64,000 nucleotides of DNA. It comes from Podarcis melisellensis. Its lineage: Eukaryota. Of this stretch, positions 25,862-39,698 are shown in pieces. How positions within the stretch are numbered: position 1 is the stretch's first letter; each line of letters opens with the position of its first letter. A model generated the notes under the pieces. The model was given only the letters and a program-made list of their open reading frames with translations. It ran no database searches and was not told the DNA's origin. The translations under genes were made by a program, and so were the position numbers. Where the stretch lies: NCBI GenBank assembly GCA_964234715.1, contig OZ174279.1. One strand, given 5' to 3'.

Positions 25862-26538
25862 TAAGAATGTACAAAGAGCCTGCTTGACCAAGCCAGTGAC
25901 CTATCTAGTCCAGCATCTTGTTCTCCCAATAGCCAGCCAGATATATATGGGAAACTTGTAAGCATGCCCTGAATTCAAGAGCACTCTCCCCTCCTGCTGT
26001 TTCCAGCAACTGGCCTTCAGAAACCTAATGCCTCTGATCACAGAGGCAGAGCATAGCCATCATAGCTAGTAGTCACAGATAGTGTTATTCTCCATGAATC
26101 CATCTAATCCTCTTTTAAAGCGGTCCACATTGGTGCCCATCGCTGCCTCCTGTGGGAGCAAGTTCCATAGTTCAACTGTCAACCTTCTGAAGAAGTACTT
26201 TCTTTTTATCTGTTCTGAATCTTTCGATATTCAGCTTCATGGGATGTCAATGAGTGTAAGGAGAAAAACTGCTCTCTATTCACTTTCTCCATGTCACACA
26301 GAATTTTATAAACCTCTCATTCACCTTTTCTTTAAGCTAAGAAGTCTGAAATGCTGCAACCTTTCCTCATAGTGGAGTTATTTCATCCCCGTGATCAGAT
26401 TGGTTGCCCTTTTCTGAATCTTTTCCCAACTCTACAGTATGCTTTTTGAGGTGAGGTGACCAGGACTGTACACAATATTCCAAATGCAGTCACACCATAG
26501 ATTTGTGTAACAGCACTGTGATATTTGCAGTTTTATTT
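25862..26538 (-). mobile_element. Degenerate CR1 LINE 3' fragment
   Basis: Typical CR1 3' end sequence; similar to 54525-55485 in reverse; boundaries approximate. Confidence 0.75.
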
Positions 26539-27441
26539 TAGAGCAGTGAGAGAGGGGAACTTCCATAGGATTAATTAGGCCTGACAGGCCTCACATCATT
26601 GGGCCCTTCAGGCCATTTTGGCCATGTCACACCCACCTGCCAAGGTAAAAGATGACTGGACCAGGCCAAAAGGGGCTCCTGCAGTTCTGCCAGCCAGCTG
26701 ATCTAGTAGCCTGCCATCGCTACTAGGTCTGTGGGAAATCCTGTAACTCAAGACAAGTTCCCTAGAGTGCCTTGCTCAAGACTGATACAGTGTTGGGAAC
26801 TTGTGAGAGGAATTCTTATGTGCCATTTCCCTCCCACAAATCTTTTTGTCATCCTTGAAGCAGAAATGAGAACCTACCTGCTCTCTTTGGTCTATATGGC
26901 TCTCCCCTGGTCTCCACCTTCCTACCCAGCAAGTACATTGTTCGAGGGCATGAGTGAGGATCCATCCCTGTTTCCGAGCTGATCTTCCGGCCCCTGCCTC
27001 CCCCTCCCTCCGTGTGTTATTTCTGACCACAAAAGTGCTCCCAGGCCAGGCACTGCTGCATCATGCCAGCTGGTGAAACAAAATCCCCTAATGGTTTGCA
27101 GATATTAATGGATGCGGCCCTGCAGTCAGCCCCACTGCAGTCCATGCTGATCATCCCTGTGTCTATGCCAAGCACTAGACTGGCTTTTTTCTGGCTGTTG
27201 CCCAGCATAAGAAAAGGGCAGGACAAGGTAGGTGGGAGACGATGAATCCCGAGATGGTGCAGAATGGCGAAAGCAGCTTCTTTTCGATTTGCTGTCCTCC
27301 CTTGGAAAGTCATTCAATTCAGAGGCACCTGATCCCAAACAAGCCTCTCTAATGTGAGTGCCAGGGCAGCCTATGGATTATTATTCACAGTGTAATTAAT
27401 GATTAGCAACTCTTCTATCCTAATGTCTACCTCATTTTGTT

Positions 27442-27481
<40 letters not shown>

Positions 27482-27482
<1 letters not shown>

Positions 27483-27705
27483 AGTGGTACCTCGGTTTAA
27501 GAACAGCCCTATTTATGAACTATTCGGTATACAAACTCTGCAAAACCAGAAGTAGTGTTCCTGTTAGCGAACTTTACCTCCGTCTACGAATGGAAGCTGA
27601 ATGGTGGAAGGGCACTGGCGGCGGGAAGCTTCATTCGGGAAAGCACGCCTCAGTTTAAGAACGGACTTCCAGAACGGATTAAGTTCATAAACCGAGGTAC
27701 CACTG
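27482..27705. mobile_element. Tc1/mariner (pogo/Tigger-like) MITE
   Basis: 23-bp TIRs CAGTGGTACCTCGGTTTA[A/T]GAAC; TA TSD at 27480-27481 and 27706-27707. Confidence 0.9.
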
Positions 27706-30700
27706 TATACACACACACTCTCACAAAATGAGGAAAATGTGAAAATACACACATACACAGATTTAACATTTTGTAATTCTGTGCTCACTGCACAACAGGT
27801 GTGGACAACTTTTGGCCCTCAAGTTGTTACTGGACTACAACTCCCATCTGCCCCAACAAGCATGGCCAATGGCCAGGGTGGTGGGAGTTGTGGTTCAGCA
27901 ACACCAGGAAGGCCAAATGTTCCCCACACCTGTAGAACACGTAGCTCTTTTTTCAAAATAGCAAACTCTAGTAAGACCGTTACTCCTTTTGTTCCCAACA
28001 GAGCCCATCTTAAGACTGTTTCATTCTGCAGCTCCCCCCTTGCTCCAACCTTGTTTTATTTTGTTTAACATTCTGAGAAATTGTTCTGGAGAGATCAAAA
28101 ACTTGCTAATTATTTTGTGGCATCATGATTGGTTCTAATTAAAGTATTGTCCTACTGTGGGTTTTTTATTTCCTCCCATTTTGTGAATCTTTTGGTGATT
28201 GCTATTTTATTCTTTTATTCTGCCTCTCCTGCATGGGTACAGCAGTTCCTCCTGTCAAACTAGTCCCCTTGGAGAGCAGGAGTTAACCCTCCTTTAGTCT
28301 CCCATAAGCAAGTTGTGATTGTTTAAGCAGAAGTAAAATCTGTCCAGGCCTACTGAATTTCAGGATGATGCTCAGCTGAAAGGAGTTGGTGTTTATGTAT
28401 TTCATGATGATGTTCTACCCAAGGAATATTTCTCCTCCCCCAGATATTTAAAAACCTTGTTTTCTGCTATTAGACTTTATATACTATGAAATGCCACAAA
28501 ATGTAAGATTCAAATACTTTTAAAAAAGAAAAACTGAAAAAGAATCCTAAAACTTTAAAAGTATGGAGAGAGCAAAACTGAAAAAGCCCCTCAAATAATA
28601 TCTGTTTACTAGTAATAAACTCTTACATACATAAGGTGATCATATGCATGGTCCTCTATCTGAAGTATAGACAGCACAGTCTATCTGAAAGTTCTATTTG
28701 AAGAGCCATCTGGTGCAAGTCCATTTAAAGATATACAACTCTAAGGAGGGGCCTTGAAATTTATTCTGCCTGGCCTGCCCCCCTGGCAATGTAATGCACA
28801 CAGAGGAAAAAGCTCTGCTGGCATTGCAGTATTACTGGGTAAAGGCTAAAATAAAGTTTGGCATTGTGCGGGCATAGAGATGGAACAGGGTGAATTTGTC
28901 AAAGGAAGGTCTGGCTCAGTGCTAGGGCTCAGTCTTGGCTCACGAGAACTGCTGAGCACTCAGCAAGGTGGCTGTGAGTGGAAGCTGATTGCACAGAAAC
29001 ACTGACCTTATCCTAATGAAAGCTGTGTTAATGGATACAAGGCTTTGTGCTTTATAGACTGAAATATGTTGGATCTCTTTGATCTTTAATTGTGGAAGAG
29101 TACAAACAAAAGATCTGTAGGAATTTTCCCCATCCCAACCCCAAGTTTAAAAATGGCTTCTCTTGGATGGGGCCTGATAATACCAGATTGTTAATGATGG
29201 GATTGAGCCCTTGGCTATAATCCGTATGAACAGCCCCACTTTCTATTTCTCCTGTGAGCTCTGGCTGAAAAGTAGGCTTACTGTACCATTGGTGGAGCAA
29301 TGAAGAAAGAGCTGCACCACCTTTTTCTCTTCCCATCCAAAACTCCACCGAAGGCAAGTTTTCTGTCTTCTTCTCTTTCATTGTCCAGCTTCGCTACCTA
29401 TGCCTTTGGGGGGCCATAGGCAGGAACATTTTCTCTTACTTTTTGCAGGGGCTGAGCATGGGGGTGCTACTGTAACCCAAGAACAACTAGTGTTGTCTTA
29501 ATTAATAGACTCTGCATGTCTTTGACTAAGCCATGCACAAGTTGAGATTGTTGTGGGGCCCACAATTCAGCCTCTTAAGAATCCATGCTTTCATTACAAG
29601 CCCAAGTGCTTGTTTCTTATGGCTGCAAAGATAAAGTCAGAATAATTATTCAATGGATTAAGCTTACGATCCAACTAGTCCCTCATGCTCCCTCCAGCAG
29701 TGTCCAGCCAGATGCTCCTGAATGTGATGGAGAAAGTCATCCACTTTTCTTTGTCCCCATCTGTTGGTAACCAATCTTGAATATTGGGGGTAGGGGTTTC
29801 CTTTGTTTGATCCTGTGTCTTGTAGTACTGGATAAGAGTTATGTTCTGTCCTGACTGCAATCCTTTTAAAAAGCTGGTGATGCTAAAGCAGTGGTATGTA
29901 TCTTGAACTTCATTCTGGTTGCCTCTGTCATGAACTTTGTGTATTTTGGCTTCATGGATACCCTGACATGTATTTTGTGCAACACACATTCATCGGATGA
30001 TACCAGGGATTGCAGCTGATGTTGATGGCATAAGTGTTGAAGGCAAGAAAACTCGGAATGTGATTGCCTCTCCTCTTATACCTGAAAAATTCTTTTTATT
30101 TATGATGTACTAAAATGTATTGAAAATGTATAATGTGCATCTGGTAGAGAGAGCTGTAAAACTGAAAGATCCCGTTTCATATCTTGTCCCTGCTGTGAAG
30201 TCTTAGGGGTGGCCTTAGGCAACCCTCCCTCTCTCAGCTTCATCTACCTCCTTGTATAAAATATGGAGAATATATCACTGACCTACCTTGCATGGCTGTT
30301 GTATTACAATACAGTGTGTATGCAGAGTGTTCTGAAGACTTCTAAAGTGCTACCTAATGCCAAGGATGATCATTATTATTTCAAAATATTTCTTTTTTTG
30401 GGGGGAGGACTTTTCTACCGCCTTTGAATGTGTAGATGTGCTGGTGCACATCTTCTGCATTTCATTCATGCTGTCGAACACTGTCATGTGTGCAGACTTT
30501 ATGACTGGTGTTTCACAATGTGCCGTTTGACATCGTTTGCTTAGAAAGACATCACTGAGTCTACAAGCAACATGAGTCTACTTCATTGGGGGTGGGGTGG
30601 GCAGCAGTGAAAAGAGTGCTTTATTTACATATAAGTTTAAGGATGTGTCCAGAAAAGGAGACACATAGAAATGGTGGCAGGCTGCCCCTTATATTTTCAG

Positions 30701-33700
30701 CTTGCTTTTCCCTTTGTTCCTGCCAATACCCCATGCAACTAGATGGTCTGCACATGCTCTAGAGCCATCAGATAGGATGTTGTCCCCGTCTTTGGTGTAT
30801 ACGCTTTCTCTGAGTGCTATTTATATCCCACCATGCCAGTAACTCCCTCCCTTAACAACCTTGGCATATTCATGGCCCTTCAAGGTGGAATGTGGTGTCC
30901 CCTAGTAGTTTGGAGAGGTGGTGCCATCTGCTTTGAAGCCTTGCTGCATCATCACAGGCATGCCATGCCAGGGACTAATGGTGTTGGGAGAGTCATCCTT
31001 GAAACCCACGGTTCTTTAGAGCACCATCTTTACTACTCTCCACAAACCCACAAAGGTGCTGACTCATTGGTGGCCCAAAGGTTGCTGCTCTTCTGAGCAT
31101 TTTTAACGGGGTGGGGGTGATGGGGAGGATGAAAAAGCTGGCATTATTGATTATGGCTCCTGAAGAACCGGCATCAATAATTCAAAAGAGCAGTTGGCAG
31201 GAAATGGAGGCCTCAGAGTGGGGCAAGGGAATGTGACAGCTTGGAAAGGGAGCGGAGGAGGAGATAAAAGCCTGGCCAGGGAATATTCACACATAATCTA
31301 GTCTGAGATGGATGTTGGGCAAAAGTGCAGATTGAAATTGATGAGTTGATTACCCACACTGGGATGGATGGGCTCAGTTGTGGATCCTGAGAACTGTCTG
31401 TGGGATTAAAATGTGAACAAGGGTAATGATAGGTAACCTCAAACCAGAGGCCCCCCAATATAACCCATCCATTTTCTGGAGTAAGTAGACCTGAAAACTC
31501 CATATTGCCCATGTGGCATAAAATTCAGCTTGCATGCTCACAGTTTCCTTAAACATGTTCCTACCAGAATATCTGTGGAGCTTCTGGGTATGTCGTGCTG
31601 CATCATGAGCAACAGCTTCCTCTCGTGGCATCTGTTGTGAAATCCTGGACAAGAGGGACTCTGAGCTGTGGCACAATGGCAGAGCATCTGCTTTGCATGC
31701 AGAAGGTCCCAAGTTCAGTCCCCCATATCTCCAGGTGGGGCTGAGAACGTCCACTGCCTGATACCTGGGAGAGCCTCTGCCTATCAGTGTAGACAGTACT
31801 GAGCTAGATTGACCAAGGTATAAGGCAGTATAACTCAGTATAAGGCAGCTTCCTATATTCCTTAGGCTCTCATCTTCTAGGGGACAGTTGAGAGTCTAAG
31901 CTTGCCAAACATACCCCCTTCAAATTATGTACTATAGAATACATGAACCAGAAAATGTTGCAAGAACAGCAAATCGTCTTTGAGATCTTTCCATCCTGCT
32001 CACTCAGAAGGGGAGTTTTCACCGTAATGATGGTATCAGCCCTTATCAAAAACACTGAGCTTGGTGCTGAAGAGCCAAAGAAATGCTGAGAATATTAATA
32101 TAGGATGGTGTCTGCACATCCTCGGTCTGTTCCCTTTTGCTTACTCTGAGATTGAAATCTGTTCTGGTCTTATCAGCCTCTCAGCAGCAGGTTTGTCTTC
32201 CTCGTCCTCTGCACCCACCTTAGGGGAAATAGTAGCAAGCCTGGTTCTAGTTGCTAATCTTGGCAATCCACTGGCTGACATGTACCTCCCTGTCATGGCA
32301 GCTCTTCCAATAAGTACATTGTCCATATTGTCAGTGGTGCCACACTCCTTTGGAACATGAAATTATCTCCTTCTGCACTTTCCCTTAGGCTACATCTAGC
32401 ATTGTAAAAGAATATATAGGACATCTCCTGCAGCTCTTGAAAGGCCTCTGAGCTGCCACCACCTGTTAGTTCACTGCAGAGCAACAGGGAAATACCAACT
32501 AGTATTGGTAGAGCAACTGGTAGAGCAACTGCAGAGCAACAGGGAAATACCAACTACAAGTCATTATCCATGTTGACGGCTCTATGCCTTAGTTATTTAA
32601 GGCATTCCAGTCTCTCTAAGGTTCGTTCCCGAAAAAAGTATAGTAAACCAAAGCAGCAGAGGCACAAATATGGCCTTTTCCAAATGGCCAGTGACTTTCA
32701 CAGAGGAAGGTTAATAATGGAATACTGCAAAGGTACTGCAAAGAATCTTTCTTGCAACCTGTGCTGTCTGGGGATGGAGGGAGTTGCAGTCCAAAACACC
32801 TGCACAGCACCAGTTTGGCAAAGGAAATCAGTGCCTGGTAAGTGTCCCTGAGGAAAGAATTCCACAAGCAGGGTTCTATTAACCAAAGGTTCTACTCTAG
32901 TGACATGCAAAGGAGAGCTTTTGAGATGGATCTTAAAGACTGGGGCAGAGTCTCATGGCAACACATGAGCCTTCAGAGTAGATATCCTGGTTCCAAGCCA
33001 TATGGGAATTTATAGGTCAAAATCAGCGTCTTGAATTATGCAGAAATTGGAAGCAAATGAGCCTCTTTTTAATACTGGTGAGATTTCTTCTAATCAGCTA
33101 GTACCACTCAGTAATCCAGTTGCCATATTCTGAACCAATGGAAGTTTCTGAGTGGTTTTCAAGGGCGGCCCAATGTACAACTTGTTACAGTAGCTGAATC
33201 TGGATCCTACTAGGGCATGAATATCAGCAGCTGCGGGAATAGTTTAGGTTATTCTTATATCTCCTGATTGTGGGGCTACAGATATATAATTGGTGAAGCA
33301 ATGTTTAGTTCTGCACTTATAGCCATGCATTTTTTTTTGTCCCAATTCAACCATTACTCCTCTTCCTTTCTAAATTTCTCTCACTCAGTTGGAATTGCTA
33401 TATATTAGCTCCACCTGGTAGCTGGAGGGACAGCATACATATTCAAGTTTTTATTCATTATATGGATTGTGCCTGATTTTGCAAAGAACTGTGTTTAAGT
33501 TTTGCTTTATTACAGCTTTATATATCTTTTGGTGTTAGTTGTTTCTGAGTGAGGAGGGAGAAGTTGTTTGATTTGGCTTCCCTGGATGTTTTAAATGGGG
33601 AAATGAAATTGCAGTGGGAGTAGGCACCAAGGACAGCTCCAAGATTTGCTGTGTACATTTCCCCAAGGTCTAGAAGTCTGCATCCTTCCTTTTCCTTCCA

Positions 33701-35678
33701 GCAGATAGGTGCACACAATCATTTAAAGTGTTCTGTAGCACCCTCATTTTTGACTTTCAACAGAGGACTCTGAGCTAATTGTCCTTCTTCTGTGGCTTAT
33801 TTCAGCTGAAATGCTGCCAATACAGTATAGCTTTAAATTTGCTCACCTATCTGACGACCTTTTCTGGGGTGAGTTGTATTTGGGGGACTGGCCATAATGT
33901 GACCACAACAATGTATTCTGCCCTTTTCTGTGGATTGCATCTCTCCTGTGTATAGGGCTCTTCTGGTAGTTGTGGGAGATCCTTTTCATTGGAATCAGTT
34001 ATTGGAGCCAGTGCTAATTCATATGTAGCCCTGTGTGCAGGTACTTACACAGACTTTGTTCCTTTTGGTCTCTTGTAGTGAATTCTGGGGTTTTCATCTC
34101 AACTTCCTTTAAGCTTGTTCAGAGAGCTGTGGTGAAATTGGATGATACAACACTGGGCAGTGTTATTCATATGACTTGTTTGTGTTCATCCTGAAAGGAT
34201 GATTTAGTTCTGTGGAGACTAAACCTGTGCTTCAGGTTAGAACTGAGGCAACATGTGAAAGTTTTTTTATACAGTTCAGGATCCACAACAACCAATGAGA
34301 AGTGGGGGGGGGAGCACAAATAGGAGTGGATCAGACCTCTATTCACAATAGTGAGAAATAAAAATATGCTCTACTGGCAAGAGAGGCAGTGTGTATGATC
34401 TGGAGCAAGTTGCTCAGGATAAAGATATACTTGCTTCCTGGGCTGATTTATTATTTATTGTGCATCTAGAGGCTATTTTCTGTAGAGCACGATCATAAAT
34501 CTATGTGGTCATCAACTGGAGCAAATGTTTCCCAGCCTCCCTAGTGGGTGTTTTGTGAAAAATATGGAGTATGTAGCTTTCATGTTGTGCAAAACCCCCT
34601 TGTCCTTTTGCAGTCTTGATAGGTGTGCTATGTTCAGTGGATCATACAGCAGAGGGGGGGAAAGATGTGTGAGAAAGTGAGTGACTACCTTTTAAAGTTA
34701 CTCTTTCTTGTGAAATTATTATCTATGGCACTGTTCAAAGCTGCCCAAAGAGCAGGTGCTGAAACAAAATGCCCAAAAGCCAGGAGAGCAAATAAACAAC
34801 TTTATTGCTTCCCCAAACCATCTTTCCTTTTAAGTGCATGTTTGACTGCTGTGTTCTCAGTGTTCTTATTGAAAAGTGCTGTTGTGGGTTTGGTGGTTTG
34901 GGTTCCCTTCCTTCCTGGAAGCGTCTTTGCACCTGACCTGGTCTGGTCTGAGGCAAATGTCCCTAACTGCTTGGCTGTCTGGGTCATGGTGTCTCTCATT
35001 TCTCCTGTATTGCTCATCTCTCTAGCTATTCCTGTTTGTCTCCATTTGTCAGTCATTGCCACTTCTTTTCTATAATGCTCAGAACATCCTTGCAGTCATG
35101 AGTCATGCATGCACACACTCTTGTACACAAGCTTAAAAGCAGCAACATTTAAACTGAGGAAGTAAATAGGAAGTAATATTACAATGGTGCTTAAAAAATT
35201 CATTTCTGAGCAAGAAAAGGTGAGTTTATCTGATATCTACTGGCCTCAGTAGCAATCTAGTATAACTGAGGCTAGTGGAAATAATGCCTTTAAATTTTTG
35301 TCCCATTACCCCCACAAGCAAGCATCTTGGTGTGTGCTGCTGGACTACAACTCCCATCATTCCCAACAACTGAAAATGCTGGCTGGAGTTAATAAGAAAT
35401 AGATTCCAACAGCATCTGGAGGGCAATCAGTGCAACACCCTGGTAAAAAACTGTTCTCATGCATTCTTGAGACAAGTATGAAAGGATCTCCTTTCATACA
35501 TTCTCCTATCAAAAATTAGGCTGCTGCTTGGCCAAAACATCCAGGTGAAAGAATAATAAAACAACTGAAATCAGACAAAACAATAACATAGCAAATAAAA
35601 TCACCAATAAATCCAGCAATGAAGTGAGAAATGGCAGAAATTAAGTATCTATTAGTAGTCAAGTACAGGAATATCTTC

Positions 35679-37654
35679 TTTTTTTATAATAATATTTATT
35701 TAAAAAAAATTTAAACAGTAAGAAAACATACGAAATACCATATAATTTTTCAATATCCACATTTCATTCACCTCATTGGACTTCCTCACAACTCTCTTTC
35801 CTGCATTCCAAATTCTCAAACTTTACCCAGCAATTTATTACCTTGTTTCAATTCTTATAATATAATTTTCCAATATTATATCCCTAATTTTAGATAATTT
35901 AGATCCCGACTTTAAAAACTTAATTTTAACATAGTATTTATCCAAAATTTATCTTTTCTTTTGATTACATTTATCTTCATATTCCTTTTAACTAACTTAT
36001 TGGTGCCGTATTGTTGCTAATCTTACATCTTTCTTAACATTCATACAATTTACAGTGTTTTTGTAAATAGTCCTTAAATTTCTTCCAATCCTCCTCCACA
36101 ACTTCTTCTCCCAGGTCTCGGATTCTGCCAGTCATTTCCGCCAGTTCCATATAGTCCATCAGTTGCATCTGCCATTCTTCCAGTGTGGGCAAATATTGGG
36201 TTTTCCAGTATTTAGCAATGAGTATCCTTGATGCTGTTGCATACATAAAAAAAGTTCGGTCTTTCTTTGACACCCTCTGGCCGACAATGCCTAAAAGAAA
36301 GGCCTCTGGTTTCTTAGGAAAGGTATACTTAAATACCTTTCAGCTCATTATATATCATTTCCCAGAAAGCCTTGACTCTAGGGCAGATCCACCAGAGGTG
36401 AAAGAACGTTCCTTCAGTTTCTTTACATTTCCAACATTTATTATCTGACAAATGGTATATCTTTGCAAGCTTAACTGGGGTCATGTACCACCTATATACC
36501 ATTTTCATAATATTTTCTTTCAAGGCATTACATGCCGTGAATCTCAGGCCGGTGGTCCATAACCTTTCCCAGTCAGCAAACATAATATTATACCCTATGT
36601 CCTGTGCCCATTTTATCATAGCTGATTTGACCATTTCATCTTGTGTGTTCCATTTTAGCAGCAAGTTATACATTCTTGAAAGTATCTTAAAACTGGGTTC
36701 TAACAGTTCTGTTTCTAACTTTGATTTTTCCACCTGGAATCCTATCTTTTTGTCCAACTTAAAAACTTCTTTAATCTGAGCGTAATGTAACCAATCTCGC
36801 ACTTTATCTTTTAGTTTCTCCAAACTCTGCAACCTCCAGTTATCTCCATCTTTTTCTATTATTTCCCAATATTTCGGCCATTTGGCCTCCATATTGAGTC
36901 TTTTCGGGGCCTTAGCTTCCATTGGTGATAACCACCTTGGGGTCTTATTTTCCAGTAAGTTTTTATATTTTATCCAGACATTGAACACTGCTTTCCTGAC
37001 AATATGGTTCTTGAAAGCCTTATGAATTTTAACCTTGTCATACCACAAATATGCATGCCATCCAAAAGCATTGTTAAATCCTTCCAAATCTAAAACATCA
37101 GTGTTTTCAAGAAGCAGCCAGTCCTTCAACCAACAGAAAGCTGCTGATTCATAGTACAACTTTAAGTCTGGCAGGGCAAAGCCCCCTCTTTCTTTAGCAT
37201 CAGTTAGTATCTTAAACTTAATTCTGGGCTTTTTGCCCTGCCAGACAAATTTAGAAATATCTCTCTGCCACCTCCCAAAACACTCCATTTTATCCACAAT
37301 CTGTAAAGTCTGAAACAAAAACAGCATTTTTGGCAATACATTCATCTTTATAGCAGCAATACGCCCTACAGGAGCCAGAGTCAAGTACCAAAAGGGTATT
37401 GCAACTGATTTATGAGTTTGGTCGGGTGGCGGGATTTAAACTTAACAAGCAGAAAACCAAGGTTCTGGAAAAAAATTTGACATCTTTAGAATCAGAAAGG
37501 TTTCAGAAAGAGACAGAGCTAAACGTGGTTAAAAAGTAAAATACCTAGGGGTAAACATAACAGCGAAGAATATGAGTTTATTTAAGGATAACTATGAAAA
37601 ATGCTGGTCTGAAATTAAAAGGGATTTAGAAGTTTGGTCAAGATTGAAACTTTC
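35679..37654 (-). mobile_element. L1-clade LINE, 5'-truncated with 5' inversion (junction ~37366-37368)
   Basis: Minus-strand ORF2 C-terminus (GRIAAIKMNVLPK, GGFALPDLKLYY, CWKC...HLWWIC); T tract at 35679; plus-strand RT segment 37366-37654; 19-bp TSD CAAGTACAGGAATATCTTC (35660-35678, 37655-37673). Confidence 0.92.
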
Positions 37655-38940
37655 CAAGTACAGGAATATCTTCACCGGGCATCAAAAAGACAATGAGAGC
37701 TGGTGCCAGCAAAGTGTCCCTGGGAAGCGTATTCCACATTACACAGGTGAATTCATTGGGAAAGCCCTGTCTTCCCTATCACCACTCACCACACTTCTGC
37801 AGGTGGCTGCGCTCAGAGCAGAACCTCTTAACGATGGGGCAGGTTCATTTTAGATACTCAGTTCCCTTGCCATGTAGATCTTCCCTCCCCAGCCCTCAAA
37901 TAGGTAAGTGTGCTTAAGTGCTAGCTAGTTAATTAATTACTAAATAAATAAATAAAGTTAAAGGGTGATATATAAATTTATTGATAAAGAGAGCTGGAAA
38001 AAAAACCAGAACTAAGTGCTCAGTGGCCTGAGCGACAGTATATTTACTCTCTCTGAGTTCAGCACAACTTGGATACTGATAACTTTGGGATGTATCTAAC
38101 TAAGTCATACTCAAGGAAGAGCCATTTAAATCAATGGATTTAAGTTAGTCAAGTCCATTGCTTTTAATGAGTCTACTCTTAGAATGACTTTGATGGGTAC
38201 GGCCCTGCGCTTAGTGTAATGCTACACATGTCTAAGCAGAAGTAAGTCCCACTGAGTTCAGTGGGGCTTACTCCCAGGTAAGAGTCTGCAGTCTTAAGAG
38301 TTGTGGCCTTAGTCTTATTTAAAAGATTTTGTTGATGAATGGAGGGGAAACAAGACATTTCTGGTCCCACATTTGCAATGATGATGGGGAGACCTGCAAA
38401 GCTCAGAGAACAAGGCAACTGATACCCAACACACAAAAGGCAAGGATCAGTTACAGCCAGACTGCAGTAGTTGAAAAACTCTTTTATCAAGGGGGAAGTG
38501 TTTATCCTTTTTGTAAAAAGAGATGAATTTTGGTGTGCTATAGAATGACATTTTCTTCCAAGCCATTTTTACCAAGGTGTATAAAAAGGTTTTTTGGCAA
38601 TAGGGTGGCAACCATGCCAACCTTTACAGCTGCCTTTCATCCAGCCCTCCTGTCTGTTTCTGCACACATTCCATGTCTGCACCCTTCATTTATTCCTCAT
38701 CCTCTGTGGGCTGAAACTGCATGTTGTTTTAATTTGTACAGCTCAGCTTTATACCTCATTTGTCTTAAAATGCTGACATTCTTACAGGAACTTCCTTCCC
38801 CACGCAGCCTTTCATGCTTTTCTAGAGATAGGAAGAGGAAGGTGCACATCTTTACTCCCAGCCATTTTCTCCTGAGAGCTAAGGGTGGAGCCTAAAGCCC
38901 TCATTCACCTGCTCTGAGCTACTAGATCTAACTCTCATTT

Positions 38941-39082
38941 AGAATAATAGAATTGTAGAGTTCAAAGGGACCAGGAGAGTCATCTAGTCAACTCCCCTGT
39001 AATGCAGGAATCTTTTGCCCAACATGTGGCTCAAAACCATGATCCTAAGATTAAGAGTCTCCTGTGATACTGACTGAGCTCC
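38941..39082 (-). mobile_element. tRNA(Lys)-like SINE with CR1-type tail
   Basis: Minus strand agctcagtcag...gagactcttaatcttagg resembles tRNA-Lys; tail of (ttcta)-like repeats. Confidence 0.55.
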
Positions 39083-39599
39083 CCATCATGATACAGCCAC
39101 CCAGGGTATCATGCTGGAAAATGCCATGTCACTCATCCATTGGAGCAGCTGATTTCTTGAGGCAAAGAGTGCACACTTAAACATCTGGATGCAGTTTCTT
39201 TGGCCCTCCCGGTGTTTCAACTTCCTTTGGGTCAGGCACAGAAAACCTGTGGACCTCCAGATGTTGTTGGACTCCCAACTTCTATAAGCCGTAGTCAGCA
39301 TGGCCAGTGGTTGATGAGAGTCCAACAACATCTAAAGGGCCACAGGTTCCCCATCCCTTCTTCATGCCCTACTGATGTTCAGTGGGAGCATGCATGTGCT
39401 TTAGAAGAGTTGTGTCATTGTTGGGTGTACTGTGACAGTGCTGGATCCATTTCCCTGTTGCATTGAAGCCATGCATGACTGTCTTTCCGATCCATACCAT
39501 GTCTGTTGTGGTGGTGCTTAGGGATCGGGTGTGGGTGGAATGAAGGGTGCCATCATATGTTAATGCTTCTCCTGGTTGGCAACTGTCATTTCTTTGCAG

Positions 39600-39698
39600 G
39601 CAACCCACCTGGCCACGCTAAAAAAGCCCTGAAGCAGCGGTTCCTCAAGCTGCTGCCCTGCTGCCGTCAGCCCAAATCCATCCCCTCAATCAGCGAAA
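39600..39698 (+). CDS. KCNIP2: KCNIP2 exon 2 ([33 protein letters not shown]) with the palmitoylation CC motif; ends at a GC donor
   Basis: Matches KChIP2 [15 protein letters not shown]; acceptor tttgcag|G; donor A|GCAAGT is required to keep frame. Confidence 0.92.

Noticed and set aside
32717-32843. ATG-initiated 40-codon frame ending at a perfect phase-1 donor (CTG|GTAAGT), as another KCNIP2 first exon
   Set aside because: Much of it derives from a half copy of the palindromic MITE family and it has no KChIP-like features; likely chance.
34623-35075. Hydrophobic 150-aa ORF
   Set aside because: Explained by T-rich composition; no compatible donor or homology.
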